Source of the DNA: a bacterium
GTDB taxonomy: Bacteria; Bacillota; Clostridia; Christensenellales; DTU072
Direction of reading: 5' to 3'
Length of the DNA: 64,000 bases
Assembly: GCA_963644945.1 (NCBI GenBank)
Contig: CAVIQK010000001.1
Coordinates: forward strand, 3,402-67,401
In this document: piece after piece, positions 18,931-29,397 of the stretch
How positions within the stretch are numbered: the stretch's first letter is position 1
Layout: every line of letters begins with the position of its first letter
Program-made: the position numbers and the translations under genes
Notes under the pieces: model-generated
What the model saw: the letters and a program-made list of their open reading frames with translations, nothing else
What the model was told of the DNA's origin: nothing
The model's database searches: none

Positions 18931-20244
18931 TTATTTATATACGACTCCTTTTCGCTCGGATATTTGCATAAGAATAAAGCCTACGACAAAACTCAACATT
19001 TCATATATAAGGAAGGTCCACCACACGAATTCCGCCCCGAATATAAGAGGAAGAACCATGACCGCAAAAATATTAAATACAAAACTTCTCAAAGAGTTGA
19101 GTATAATCGCTTCCTTTGTGCGTTTTGTGGAATATAGATATGTAGAAATTAGCGAGTTTAGAGCCGTCCCGATGAAACCTAGTGCATAGATAGGCATTAC
19201 CGAAACGGTGTAGTTTGTCGTGTCTGCGTCCGCCCCGAAAAGCATACAAATATATTTACCTACCACGAATAGCAGTCCGTAAACAATACCCACACCGACA
19301 AGATCGATTATTGCCGAAACATTTCTTATGAAGTGGACTTCTTTGTCGTCTTTTTCACCGTAGGCTTGTCCGAGAAGGGGTTGTATGCCTTGCGAAACTC
19401 CCGCAAAAACCGCCACCGAGAAAGATGCGACATAACAAATTACGGAGAAAGAATTGAGTGCAAGTTCTCCGATTTTGTTGAGAAGCACGTAGTTGTAACA
19501 ATAGGTTGCGACAGGAGTAGCAAAACGAGAAACCGTCTCCGGAATTCCACGCAGAAATATCTTTTTGAACACAACCGCTTGGAATTTGAATTTTTTAACA
19601 CGTAAATTGCCCTTTTTGAATATAAAATGAAGGGTGAGAATAAGAAAAGATACCGTTTGCGATATACCCGTAGCGATAGCCGCTCCCGCAATACCCATTT
19701 TTAGCGGAAATACGAACAACCAGTCTAGGAAAATGTTTAGACCGGAACTTATTGCCGATGCAATCATTACGAGTACGGGCGAGCCGTCGTTTCTGCAAAA
19801 GTATTGTAAAAGGACTCCCATCCCGTTGGGGACAAGGAAAACCGAGTACCACAAAAGGTAGTCATATACATAGTCAATATAAGTTTCGTTGGCACCCAGC
19901 ATATACCCGAGAGGTCTTGCAAGAGTAGTCCCCACGATACACATGACTACGCTTAAAATAAGCATCAAAAAAGCCGAATGCATAAAAGCATCGTTGGCGC
20001 CTTCTTTGTTGTCTTTACCCATTCTTACGGCGGTTACGGCAACTCCACCGACTATTATGAGCATAAAAAGGGCATCAAGGACGAGAAGCAAAGGAAATAC
20101 CAAATTGACCGCACCGAGTGCGTTGGTACCGACTCCTTGCCCGACGAAAATTCCGTCAACTATCGTAAAAAGAAAAAAGCATATTTGACCGATGACCGAC
20201 GGAACGACATATTTTAGTAGCGTCAATACACGATTAGACTTCAT
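18931..20244 (-). CDS. MATE family efflux transporter
   Basis: 437 aa, 12 predicted TM segments, MATE-like N-terminus (PSVIGQICFFLFTIVDGIFVGQGVGTNALGAVN). Confidence 0.75.
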   Translation of the reverse strand: MKSNRVLTLLKYVVPSVIGQICFFLFTIVDGIFVGQGVGTNALGAVNLVFPLLLVLDALFMLIIVGGVAVTAVRMGKDNKEGANDAFMHSAFLMLILSVVMCIVGTTLARPLGYMLGANETYIDYVYDYLLWYSVFLVPNGMGVLLQYFCRNDGSPVLVMIASAISSGLNIFLDWLFVFPLKMGIAGAAIATGISQTVSFLILTLHFIFKKGNLRVKKFKFQAVVFKKIFLRGIPETVSRFATPVATYCYNYVLLNKIGELALNSFSVICYVASFSVAVFAGVSQGIQPLLGQAYGEKDDKEVHFIRNVSAIIDLVGVGIVYGLLFVVGKYICMLFGADADTTNYTVSVMPIYALGFIGTALNSLISTYLYSTKRTKEAIILNSLRSFVFNIFAVMVLPLIFGAEFVWWTFLIYEMLSFVVGFILMQISERKGVVYK

Positions 20245-20257
20245 TTTATTCTCCGAA

Positions 20258-20896
20258 TCAGGTGTTTTTCATTACGACCATTTCAATATTGTCGGCAAGA
20301 GATTCTGCCGAATCGTAAAAATCTTCGAATCTTTTATAGATAGCACGCCACTCGACAAGTTCTCTTGCATCCGTCGATGTTTCGGACAAATTTCTCATAG
20401 CGGTTTCGTATAGGCGATCGCCTTGTTCCTCTTTGTCGTTGAGTTTGATTATATAATCTCTTAAAGTCGAAGACTTTTTGAAATTGCCGAATTCTTTTAG
20501 CATGTTTACCACTAGTTGACAACACTCTATCATGAGGTCAACGAATTCGTTTGTATCCGGTCTTAAAGTTTTAATATCCGTCATATAAAAATATGTAGGT
20601 ATCCCTTCGACTCCGTCTGTAATATTGTCCGTAAGATGCGAAAGTTTGAAAAGATCGTCTCTTTCGATCGGAGGTAAAAATTCTTTGACCAGTGCTTGTG
20701 TAAGACAGTGTTTTTCCTCGTCACAAGCATGTTCTAGTTCGTGCATTTTCAGGTGATTTTCTTTGAGAAGTTCGGGGTTGTAGTCGGTAAAAATAGTTTT
20801 CAAAAATTGTGCTTCTTCGAGAGCATATTCGGACATTTTTACAAGTGTCGCAAAGTAATCAAAACCTTTCTTTTTGAATTTGTTTGTAAATTTCAT
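20258..20896 (-). CDS. DUF47 (PhoU-like) protein, PiT-associated
   Basis: 212 aa helical protein, immediately downstream of a PiT transporter gene. This is the classic pairing. Confidence 0.7.
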   Translation of the reverse strand: MKFTNKFKKKGFDYFATLVKMSEYALEEAQFLKTIFTDYNPELLKENHLKMHELEHACDEEKHCLTQALVKEFLPPIERDDLFKLSHLTDNITDGVEGIPTYFYMTDIKTLRPDTNEFVDLMIECCQLVVNMLKEFGNFKKSSTLRDYIIKLNDKEEQGDRLYETAMRNLSETSTDARELVEWRAIYKRFEDFYDSAESLADNIEMVVMKNT

Positions 20897-20909
20897 TTTT
20901 ATCTCCCAA

Positions 20910-21956
20910 TTAGAATATTACTAAAAATAATTTTGTCATAAGATAGCCGATAATACCGCACCCGGGGAACGTGAGGATCCAAGTAAGGACCATTTCCTTC
21001 GCAACGCCCCAGTTGACTGCTCTAAAACGTTTTGCCGCTCCGACTCCCATAATAGCCGAAGTTTTTGCGTGAGTGGTAGATACGGGAAGCCCCGTAAGCG
21101 AACAGATAAGCAAACCTATGGTGGCGGACAAATCTGCCGCAAACCCTTGATATTTTTCAAGTTTAACCATGTCGCATCCTACCGACTTAATTATCTTCAT
21201 TCCGCCCATCGAAGTGCCTAGCGCCATAACCAAAGAGCATACGACCATCAACCATATAGGCACGTTGGTTGCACTCATCTCCATGCTTCCGCCGTTGAGT
21301 GTTATGCCAAGGAGAAATACCCCGATAAACTTTTGTCCGTCTTGTGCGCCGTGCATAAAAGCAGTGCCTGCCGCAGCCAAAATTTGACCTCCGCCGAACA
21401 TTACGTTTGCTTTGTGATAGTTTACTCTTCTACACAAAAATTGTATGGCTTTCGTGATCAAAAATCCTAGTATAAAACCGGCTATAAGAGAGCCGACAAG
21501 TCCGACAAGAACTTTTATCCATTCTCCACCGTTTACGCCGTTTAGGTTCCCGTGCATGCCGATTGCGGCACCTGTAAGTCCGGCAATAAGCGCATGGCTT
21601 TCGCTTGTAGGGATACCGAATGCCCATGCAAGAATAGCCCACACGACTATTGCGAACATAGCGGCGGCAAGCGCTATCGATGCTTGATGCGCATCCGTTC
21701 CGAAATCTACCATATTAGAAATTGTTTCGGCAACTTTCGGCGAGAGCATCGTCATCACGAAGACACCTAAAAAGTTGAAACAAGCAGCCATAAGTATTGC
21801 GGGGCGAGGGCGAATCGCTCTGGTTGCCACGCAAGTAGCAATGGCATTAGGTGCGTCGGTCCAACCGTTTACCAAAATGACTCCGAAAGTAAGAATCGTC
21901 GTCAGCCAAAGCATTGGCGTAGTCGAGAGTTGTTGTGTAAATTCCAAAAAAGACAT
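20910..21956 (-). CDS. Inorganic phosphate transporter (PiT family)
   Basis: 348 aa. GWTDAPNAIAT and HAKTSAIMGVGA PiT signatures. Confidence 0.8.
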   Translation of the reverse strand: MSFLEFTQQLSTTPMLWLTTILTFGVILVNGWTDAPNAIATCVATRAIRPRPAILMAACFNFLGVFVMTMLSPKVAETISNMVDFGTDAHQASIALAAAMFAIVVWAILAWAFGIPTSESHALIAGLTGAAIGMHGNLNGVNGGEWIKVLVGLVGSLIAGFILGFLITKAIQFLCRRVNYHKANVMFGGGQILAAAGTAFMHGAQDGQKFIGVFLLGITLNGGSMEMSATNVPIWLMVVCSLVMALGTSMGGMKIIKSVGCDMVKLEKYQGFAADLSATIGLLICSLTGLPVSTTHAKTSAIMGVGAAKRFRAVNWGVAKEMVLTWILTFPGCGIIGYLMTKLFLVIF

Positions 21957-22057
21957 TTTTTACTCCTTTGACTTCAAAATCAAGTTTAACACCTAATTTC
22001 AAATCAAGTCAAATCAATAACCGTTGTTGACAAAACATAAGAATAAGAAGTTGATTA

Positions 22058-22086
22058 TTGACACGCATTCATATTTTGTCTATAAT
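22058..22086 (+). promoter_or_regulatory. Consensus sigma-70 promoter for the GGDEF-EAL gene
   Basis: TTGACA (22058-22063), 17-nt spacer, TATAAT (22081-22086). Confidence 0.6.
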
Positions 22087-22150
22087 ATATTTTATTATAA
22101 GAAATTTTTGCACATGCGTGCATATATATAAAGGGAAAGAAACGGCATTT

Positions 22151-24949
22151 ATGGAAGAACTATTTGCGATAATGGGGCAGTACACAATAGATTTTTGTGC
22201 ATGTATATGCTTTTTGATGTTTGTCATTTTTGGTAAAATGACATCCAAAAAGACAAGTATATGGTTTTTATGTGCGACGATTAGCATTTGCCTTTTCATC
22301 ATATTCGAGCCTATCGAAAAATGGCTCGGCGACCTCCCCAGAGATATCCCCAATTTATCTACCGTAGTTATTTGGCGTACAATTTGTTCGGTTGTATGTT
22401 ATTCCACAAGACCTGCCGTTGCGTATTTTATCGTATTGGTAGCAATAAGAGAAAGGAAGAAAAAGACGAAGATTATTTTGTCTATTCCGCTTATAGCCAA
22501 TTTCCTCATTTACCTTACAATGTTTTTCTCGGATATTGCCGTAAGTTTAGAAGGCAATTCGTTTGCGAGAGGACCTTTGGGCTGGACGGCTTTCGTGGTA
22601 AGCGGACTTTATTTGGCAATTCTTTTTGTGTTCGGTATCTTACGTTTGAAGAAAGGCGAATATCAAGAATTCTTTATTTGTACGATGATCGTCGTGTTCT
22701 GCATTGTTGCAATAACACTGGAAACTAAATTTATGACCGCAGGATTGCTTCCGACGGCTTGTATCATAGGCGAAGTGTTCTATTACATTATTTTCTTGTC
22801 GACGGCATTTATAAGAGATCCTCTTACCAACGCATACATAAGAATAAGGTTCTATACCGACATCAAGAAAAGAGGGCCTAAATATCTAATCATGTTCGAT
22901 ATCAACGAGTTCAAAGCGATCAACGACAAAAGAGGCCATGCAGTGGGCGACAAAATGCTCAGATATTTTGCCGACTCCGCCAAAGAATGTCTTTCTTATA
23001 GAGCCGAGATATATCGTCTAGGCGGTGACGAATTCGCAATAATTTATAACAGAGCCACCGAAGAAGAAGTCATAGCCCTTCTTGACAAAATCAAAGAAAA
23101 AGCACATGAACTCCCCTACGGTTATTCTTATGGTTATGCCGAATTCCACGACGAGCAGTCCTTCCAAGATGCCTATGCAGTGTCAGACTCTATGCTTTAT
23201 AGGAACAAAGCCGAAAACAAAAAGAAAGTCGTACTCGAAGGCGACCAAATACTAAAAGAAAATGTAATAAAAGACAGCGTTGCATCATATTTGTTCAATA
23301 AGCACCTCGAAGGTGTCGTAATTGTTGACGTAAAAACTCAACAACTTGTCCCGATAGGAGATGCGTTGACCGGATCTATGGGCAAGTGGATAGACCACGA
23401 AGATCTTTCCTATGAGCATAACTCCGAATTTGTCGTAGGCAGAGTGACCGCAATCGAAAACCCCGATGAATTCCGCAAACGTATTGCCCTAGAAACCGTT
23501 GAAAAACACCTAAATCTTCTTGGTGTCTATACCGTCGAATTCGAAATGAAAGGCGAAAAAGAGAGCAAGTATAAGAGGATGAGTTTCCACTACTACGGCA
23601 AGAAGAAAGAGTATATGATGCTTGCGCTAGAAGATATCACCGAAAGTGTTTCGGGCGAAATAGATCCCCTTACCGGTATATATGACTCGACAGGTTTTCA
23701 CAAGCACGTTACGGAATGGATCCAAAACCACCCCGGCGAAAAATATCGTGTGCAGAGATACAATATCGATAAATTCCGTATAATCAACGGACTTTACGGC
23801 TACTCCGCAGGCGACCAACTCCTAAGAGATTTTGGACAATTTATGAAGAGAAGCGACGATGAAAACTCGTTCTCCGCTCACCTAAATGCCGACCACTTTG
23901 TACGTTTTTGTGTGGCAGATAAATGCCCGCCGGTAGAATATTATGTCGATGAGTGCCATAGAGTATTTGCCGATTACGATTTAGGACTACCCATTACTGT
24001 TCACATGGGTATATATGATTTGTGCGAAGAAGATTGCAACTCCTTCAACATGAATTACAAAGCCCTTCTTGCCCTTCAAGAAGTCAAAGGCAAAGCCAAC
24101 AAAACTTATTCATATTACAAAAAAGGTCTTATGGACGAAGAAATCACACAACAAGAGTTGCTTGCAGATTTTGACAATGCCCTCAAAAACGGTGAATTTG
24201 ACGTGTGGTTCCAACCGCAAGTCAATTACAAAACAGGCGAAATTGTTTGTGCCGAAGCCTTGACTCGTTGGCATCACCCGAAGAGAGGATTGCTTACTCC
24301 GGGACAATTTTTACCGATACTCGAACAAAGTGGCAGGATTATCGACATGGACAAAGCAATGATCCAAAAATCTTGCGATTACTTGAAAAAATGGAAGAAA
24401 AAATTCCCTTCTGCCGACATAAGGATTTCCGGCAACTTGTCAAGAAGTTATATTCTAGATCCGTCGCTTCCTCAAATGATAAAAGATCTTGTGGAGAAAA
24501 ACGGAATAAATCCCCAAGATATACACTTCGAAATCACCGAAACCGCCTATGTCAAAAATGCCAAAGAGTTCGCTCCGCTCGTACACATGATGAGAGAGCA
24601 TGGACTTATGGTAGAGATGGACGATTTTGGTTCGGAATATTCTTCGCTTAATGCGCTCAAAGACATTGAATTCGACGTAATAAAACTCGATATGAGATTT
24701 TTGTCGGGCGACAGCAAACGTAGCAGAACAATAATAAGATCTATCATCAAGATGATAAAGGATCTCGACATCGAAGTAATTGCCGAAGGTATCGAAACCA
24801 AAGAGCAAGCCGATATGCTACTAAAATGCGGTTGCGAATTGATGCAAGGCTACTATTTCTCAAAACCTATCCCCGCCAAAGAGTATGAAAAAATGCTAAA
24901 AGAAAAATCGGGGGGGGTACCTCAAAAAGATAAAATAGAGAAAAAATAG
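22151..24949 (+). CDS. Membrane-anchored GGDEF / PAS-like / degenerate GGDEF / EAL protein (c-di-GMP turnover)
   Basis: ORF 22058..24949 trimmed to MEELFAIMG, because the upstream Met overlaps the -35 box. About 7 TM segments. RLGGDEF is intact. The second cyclase domain is degenerate (HLNADHF). EAL motifs present: EALTRW, EITE, DDFGSEYSS, AEGIET, QGYYFSKP. Confidence 0.8.
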   Translation: MEELFAIMGQYTIDFCACICFLMFVIFGKMTSKKTSIWFLCATISICLFIIFEPIEKWLGDLPRDIPNLSTVVIWRTICSVVCYSTRPAVAYFIVLVAIRERKKKTKIILSIPLIANFLIYLTMFFSDIAVSLEGNSFARGPLGWTAFVVSGLYLAILFVFGILRLKKGEYQEFFICTMIVVFCIVAITLETKFMTAGLLPTACIIGEVFYYIIFLSTAFIRDPLTNAYIRIRFYTDIKKRGPKYLIMFDINEFKAINDKRGHAVGDKMLRYFADSAKECLSYRAEIYRLGGDEFAIIYNRATEEEVIALLDKIKEKAHELPYGYSYGYAEFHDEQSFQDAYAVSDSMLYRNKAENKKKVVLEGDQILKENVIKDSVASYLFNKHLEGVVIVDVKTQQLVPIGDALTGSMGKWIDHEDLSYEHNSEFVVGRVTAIENPDEFRKRIALETVEKHLNLLGVYTVEFEMKGEKESKYKRMSFHYYGKKKEYMMLALEDITESVSGEIDPLTGIYDSTGFHKHVTEWIQNHPGEKYRVQRYNIDKFRIINGLYGYSAGDQLLRDFGQFMKRSDDENSFSAHLNADHFVRFCVADKCPPVEYYVDECHRVFADYDLGLPITVHMGIYDLCEEDCNSFNMNYKALLALQEVKGKANKTYSYYKKGLMDEEITQQELLADFDNALKNGEFDVWFQPQVNYKTGEIVCAEALTRWHHPKRGLLTPGQFLPILEQSGRIIDMDKAMIQKSCDYLKKWKKKFPSADIRISGNLSRSYILDPSLPQMIKDLVEKNGINPQDIHFEITETAYVKNAKEFAPLVHMMREHGLMVEMDDFGSEYSSLNALKDIEFDVIKLDMRFLSGDSKRSRTIIRSIIKMIKDLDIEVIAEGIETKEQADMLLKCGCELMQGYYFSKPIPAKEYEKMLKEKSGGVPQKDKIEKK

Positions 24950-24967
24950 GAGTTTTAGAATTGCTTG

Positions 24968-24996
24968 AAAGTCTGCCAAAAGCAGACTTTTATTTT
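24968..24996. terminator. Bidirectional terminator between the GGDEF-EAL and permease genes
   Basis: AAAGTCTGC-CAAAA-GCAGACTTT followed by TATTTT. Confidence 0.6.
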
Positions 24997-26326
24997 AGAA
25001 AAGCATCGAAATATACAGTCCGCCGATCGCTGCAAAAAGAGTAGGGACGGCTACACATACTCCGTATTTGATAAACTCTACAAAAGAGAATTTTACATCT
25101 AGGTCACGAAGTAGTCCTGTAAACATTATGCCGGCAAGCGCTCCTATAGGTGTAAGGAATGCCCCGATATTAGATCCTATCACCGATGCATACATAGATG
25201 CCGGTGATCCGGTGGCGGTCAGTACCGAATAAAGCACACTCATCGGAATATTGTTGATAAGGTTGGAAACAACGGTTGACGATACACCATAGACAAGTAT
25301 GTCGTATTTAGGATCTATTTTTGAGAGAGCGTCGATTATATAGTCGGTCACACCGTTTTCTTTTAGAGACAGCACCAAGACGAACATCGAAAGCACGAAA
25401 GGTGCAAGTTGATAGGGAAGTCTAGAAAAAGTCCTAGACAATTCTAGCGGTCTATCGTGAGATTTTAGGGCAAAAATGAGCGCCCCACACACGAGAACAA
25501 GCATCGACACGACGGCAACCGCCCACATTTCTATGCCAATATAGTCGGAAATCACGAGCATCACAAGACTTAAAAACAAGATGACCAAAGTGAATCCGGC
25601 AAGGAAAGGCTTTTCTATTTTTACGGTAGCGAAATCATCCGTAGAAATAGGCTCTTTTAGTTTTTTTGAAAAGATTATGTATAAGACCGCAAGTGCCGTA
25701 AATCCTGCAAATAAAGAAGGAATTGCCATTATTTTGAAATAACCGAAAAATGTCGTTCCGTAAGTTTCCGCAAGGTAAATGTTTGTAGGGTTGCCTATCA
25801 CGAAAATCATAGAAAAAGTGTTGGCTGCCACGAACTCCGATACTATATAAGGAATAGGAGAAATTTTAGCGTTCTTACAAAAATAACAAATAAACGGTGT
25901 AAAAGTTAGTATTATAACATCGTTTGACGTAAAAATTGTAAGTAGCGACACCATCGCAAAAAGTAGAAAGAAAAGTTTTGTTTGACTCTTGCTAGCAAGC
26001 GCCACCGATTTTGACGCAACATATCTAAAAACTCCGGTTTCATCCAAAAAGACCGATATCGAAGTCATGCCGTAAAAAAGGAGTATTATTTTTATAGGGT
26101 TGACCGAGGTTCTGCCTTCTAACATCGAGAACATATCATTGGTGAGTCCCGACCATACCTTTTCTATGGAAATTGTCCCGATAGCAACCGAAAGGATGGC
26201 AGCAATTAGAGGGAATAACCAAAAAATCGAGAATTTTCGATTTCTAATACTGACTTCCGGAACAAAAATCACAGAAGTTATTGTGCCTATTACGGCAACG
26301 GCTGACAATATAATAGAAGGTACCAT
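24995..26326 (-). CDS. ArsB/NhaD (citrate-transporter-like) anion permease
   Basis: 443 aa polytopic membrane protein. The family call is from overall pattern only. Confidence 0.5.
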   Translation of the reverse strand: MVPSIILSAVAVIGTITSVIFVPEVSIRNRKFSIFWLFPLIAAILSVAIGTISIEKVWSGLTNDMFSMLEGRTSVNPIKIILLFYGMTSISVFLDETGVFRYVASKSVALASKSQTKLFFLLFAMVSLLTIFTSNDVIILTFTPFICYFCKNAKISPIPYIVSEFVAANTFSMIFVIGNPTNIYLAETYGTTFFGYFKIMAIPSLFAGFTALAVLYIIFSKKLKEPISTDDFATVKIEKPFLAGFTLVILFLSLVMLVISDYIGIEMWAVAVVSMLVLVCGALIFALKSHDRPLELSRTFSRLPYQLAPFVLSMFVLVLSLKENGVTDYIIDALSKIDPKYDILVYGVSSTVVSNLINNIPMSVLYSVLTATGSPASMYASVIGSNIGAFLTPIGALAGIMFTGLLRDLDVKFSFVEFIKYGVCVAVPTLFAAIGGLYISMLF

Positions 26327-26468
26327 TTTTCTTTGCGGTTTTTAATTATATAGACGAGGACAAAAAAACACAACAAAAAAGACCTTAAAAGTAAAAATTT
26401 GACAATCTTGTCTTATGGTATATAATATATAAATATAAGAAACCTTATTAATAAAAAGGAAGAATAGG

Positions 26469-26846
26469 ATGCGTAAAGCAAGATTTGTTATAGGAATAAT
26501 TTTCTTTATTATTGCCGTTGTCGCTTTTGTGTTAGGCACAATAATGTTTGTAGATTCGCTAAAAAGCCTAAACGTAGAGGAAAACGATGCGAGTGTCATT
26601 GCTCTAATTATTACGTTGCCGTTCACTTTAATCGCTTATGCCGCCGAACTTTTGGCAGTGATAGTCGCAATAATTTTGTTCTGTCCGTATAGAAAAGACT
26701 ATGAAGAAGAAGGTGTTAGAAAGGCAAGCATCATAATGACCGTCATTTGCATTGTGATGATTGTTGCAAGCATCGCTGCCATCGCATGCCTTTTCATAGG
26801 CGGAAGTAGCGGAAACACCGAAGACGTACAAAAACTATTAAGATAA
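26469..26846 (+). CDS. Small membrane protein, unknown function
   Basis: 125 aa, 3 hydrophobic segments, followed by its own terminator. Confidence 0.5.
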   Translation: MRKARFVIGIIFFIIAVVAFVLGTIMFVDSLKSLNVEENDASVIALIITLPFTLIAYAAELLAVIVAIILFCPYRKDYEEEGVRKASIIMTVICIVMIVASIAAIACLFIGGSSGNTEDVQKLLR

Positions 26847-26881
26847 AACACGATTTTCAATAAAATAATCTAAAATTGAGA

Positions 26882-26914
26882 GAATTGAAACCAAAAGTTT
26901 CAATTTTCTTTTTT
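26882..26914 (+). terminator. Intrinsic terminator
   Basis: GAATTGAAAC-CAAAA-GTTTCAATT followed by a T-rich run. Confidence 0.6.
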
Positions 26915-26978
26915 ATTTGACATAGTTGCCAAAAGCCTCGAAGTGTTATATTATTTTATATATAGAGAGGTCGCCAAC

Positions 26979-27908
26979 ATGAATATTCTTTATCTAAAAT
27001 ATGCAGTCGAAATAGCCAAAGCCGGTTCGATAAACAAGGCGGCAGAAGCCTTATATGTTGCTCAACCCAATTTGTCAAGAGCCATAAAAGAATTAGAAAA
27101 GGACTTGGGAGTAGTTATTTTTGAAAGAAACGCCAAGGGCATGACTCTCACGAAAGACGGCGAACTTTTGATTCAATACGGCAAAAGAATATTAAAAGAA
27201 ATCGACGAAGTCGAAAATGTTTTCAAGGCAGGAGATGCCCTTCGTCAAAGGTTTTCGTTGTCGTCCCCTCGTGCTTCCTATATAGGCGAAGCCTTTTCCC
27301 AATTTACAACCGACATTTCGGGCATAGAAAACACCGAAATGCTTTATAAAGAAACCGATTCTTTCGAAACAATAAAAAATGTTTGTGAGGGCGGTTATAA
27401 TCTCGGTATAGTAAGATATGCCGAGTCGTTTGACAGATTTTATAAACAAACTTTTGAAGAAAAAAATCTTTGTTACGAACTTGTCAACGAATTTAGATAT
27501 TCCGTTTTGGCTAGCGAAAAGAGCGAAATTTCAAAGAAAAACAGCCTAAAACTTGCCGATTTAGATAATTTGGTAGAAATAACCCATGTCGATCTCTATG
27601 TCCCGTCCCTTCCTTTTGCAGCGGTCAAAAAACAGGAGATTTCCGACAATATCAAGAAAAAGATATACGTTTTTGAAAGAGCCAGTCAATTTGAAATTTT
27701 ATCCAAAAATCCGTCCGCATTTATGTGGGTAAGTTCGGTTCCCGAAGAAACTCTAAAAAGATATGGACTTGTAGAAAAAACTTGTCAAGAAAACAACAAA
27801 AAATATAAAGATATTCTGATTTATCGCAAAGATTACCACCTCACAGACTTTGACAAAGCCTTCATAACCAGACTTTGTGAGGTCCGCAGAAAGACCTTTG
27901 TAAAGTGA
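26979..27908 (+). CDS. LysR family transcriptional regulator
   Basis: Trimmed to MNILYLKYAVEIAKAGSINKAAEALYVAQPNLSRAIKELE (HTH). 309 aa. Confidence 0.8.
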   Translation: MNILYLKYAVEIAKAGSINKAAEALYVAQPNLSRAIKELEKDLGVVIFERNAKGMTLTKDGELLIQYGKRILKEIDEVENVFKAGDALRQRFSLSSPRASYIGEAFSQFTTDISGIENTEMLYKETDSFETIKNVCEGGYNLGIVRYAESFDRFYKQTFEEKNLCYELVNEFRYSVLASEKSEISKKNSLKLADLDNLVEITHVDLYVPSLPFAAVKKQEISDNIKKKIYVFERASQFEILSKNPSAFMWVSSVPEETLKRYGLVEKTCQENNKKYKDILIYRKDYHLTDFDKAFITRLCEVRRKTFVK

Positions 27909-27957
27909 TATATAAAAATTGATATAACAAATATAAAAAATAAGTATTATATATTAA

Positions 27958-27986
27958 TTGCAAGTCAAAAAGATAATTGATAAAAT
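27958..27986 (+). promoter_or_regulatory. Candidate promoter of the rex-headed gene string
   Basis: TTGCAA (27958-27963), 17-nt spacer, TAAAAT (27981-27986). AT-rich context, so weak evidence. Confidence 0.3.
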
Positions 27987-28022
27987 TATATCGATAAAAA
28001 AGGAACGATTGAGGAGAACGAA

Positions 28023-28631
28023 ATGGATATCCCAAAATCAGTCATCGCAAGACTCCCTTTGTATCTTCATTATTTGAGATCGGCAGATGCGAGAGATCGT
28101 GTCACCATATCTTCGTCCGCCATAGCGAAAGCCGTAAGGCTTGGCGAAGTTCAAGTAAGGAAGGATCTTGCAATGGTATCGGGAGAAGGAAAACCCAAAA
28201 TCGGTTACGTCACGGAGGAACTTACTCGTAGCATAATGGAAGTTCTCGGATGCGTGACGGAGAAGAAAGCGGTAATTGTCGGTGCGGGGCATTTAGGTTC
28301 TGCACTTTTGGTGTATAAAGGATTTTTAGAATACAATCTCAAAATAGTTGCGGCGTTTGACAGAGACGATCGCAAAGTCGGCACTATGGTTTACGGAAAA
28401 CCCATAAAAGGAATAGACGAACTTTCCGATTTTGTAAAAGCCGAAAACATTTTGATAGGGATAATAACCGTCCCCGAACAAGAGGCACAAAATATTTGCG
28501 ACCGTCTAGTGGGGGCAGGGATCAACACAATATGGAGTTTTGCGCCGATAAGGCTCGAAGTTCCCGAACATGTAAAACTAAAAGAGGAAAATATGGCGGC
28601 ATCTTTGTCCGCCCTAGCAGCGAGTATATAA
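28023..28631 (+). CDS. rex: Redox-sensing transcriptional repressor Rex
   Basis: 202 aa. N-terminal ARLPLYLHYL winged helix and a Rossmann VGAGHLGSAL. Confidence 0.85.
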   Translation: MDIPKSVIARLPLYLHYLRSADARDRVTISSSAIAKAVRLGEVQVRKDLAMVSGEGKPKIGYVTEELTRSIMEVLGCVTEKKAVIVGAGHLGSALLVYKGFLEYNLKIVAAFDRDDRKVGTMVYGKPIKGIDELSDFVKAENILIGIITVPEQEAQNICDRLVGAGINTIWSFAPIRLEVPEHVKLKEENMAASLSALAASI

Positions 28632-28633
28632 TT

Positions 28634-29383
28634 ATGAATGCAGATAGAATTATTGGTGTAAGAAACGATAAAACAGTGTTGAAAGACGGCGAAGACTGCA
28701 TAAAAGTTTTCAATGTCGGTTGTTCCGGAGCAGACGTTATCAACGAAGCCCTCAATCAAGCAAGAGCAAGGGAAGTAGGCATCAATGCCCCGATTATCAA
28801 AAGTGTCGAAAACGACGGAGAACATTGGAAAATAACTTACGAATATGTAGAAGGCAAGACTCTAGACCGAGTTATTGCCGAAAACCCCGAGAAAAAAGAC
28901 GAATATTTAGAATTACTCGTTGATCTTCAAATAGGCATTTTGTCCAACAATTGCCCCCAACTTTCGAGACTTAGAGAAAAACTCAATTACAATATAAGCG
29001 AGTCCGAACTAGAAGCGACCGTAAGATACGATCTTATCAAAAAGTTGTGGGACATGCCGAGAAGCACAAAACTTTGTCACGGAGATTTCAACCCTACCAA
29101 CATTATAATCAAAGAGGACGGGACGCCCTACATAATCGACTGGGCGCAAGCATCAAGAGGCAATGCCTCCGCAGACGTCGCAAGGACTTATATATATTTC
29201 TTGTTGGAGGGCGACAAAGAGTTTGCCGACAAATATGCCGAATTATATTGCAAGAAGACCGGCACGTCTATCGATTATGTTTTGACATGGGTGCCGATAG
29301 TTGCGGGATCTTTGGTAAAAGATGCCAACGAGCGTGAAAAAGATTTTTTAATTTCTGTGGCCAACACCCCGGAATATAAATAA
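28634..29383 (+). CDS. APH/choline-kinase family phosphotransferase (protein-kinase-like fold)
   Basis: ORF trimmed to ATG 28634, 2 nt after the rex stop. Catalytic loop HGDFNPTNIII and metal-binding IIDW. 249 aa. Confidence 0.7.
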   Translation: MNADRIIGVRNDKTVLKDGEDCIKVFNVGCSGADVINEALNQARAREVGINAPIIKSVENDGEHWKITYEYVEGKTLDRVIAENPEKKDEYLELLVDLQIGILSNNCPQLSRLREKLNYNISESELEATVRYDLIKKLWDMPRSTKLCHGDFNPTNIIIKEDGTPYIIDWAQASRGNASADVARTYIYFLLEGDKEFADKYAELYCKKTGTSIDYVLTWVPIVAGSLVKDANEREKDFLISVANTPEYK

Positions 29384-29397
29384 TAAGGAGAACAAAA

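Noticed and set aside
22058-22150. Upstream 31-codon extension of the GGDEF-EAL ORF
   Set aside because: Its first codon lies inside the -35 hexamer of a perfect TTGACA-17-TATAAT promoter, so it cannot be on the transcript. The start was reassigned to 22151.
24910-24917. G8 homopolymer as a phase-variation switch
   Set aside because: It lies 13 codons before the stop of the GGDEF-EAL gene, after the EAL domain. Slippage would only alter a short tail, so it is unlikely to be a functional switch.
27909-28022. Rex operator (TTGTGAA-N4-TTCACAA or TTGTTAA-N4-TTAACAA) upstream of rex
   Set aside because: Only AT-rich pseudo-palindromes (ATAATT-GATAA-AATTAT, TTGATATAACAA) are present, and none matches the Rex half-sites. 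I also saw none before fumC, hdrB or pckA. A PWM scan is needed before claiming a site.
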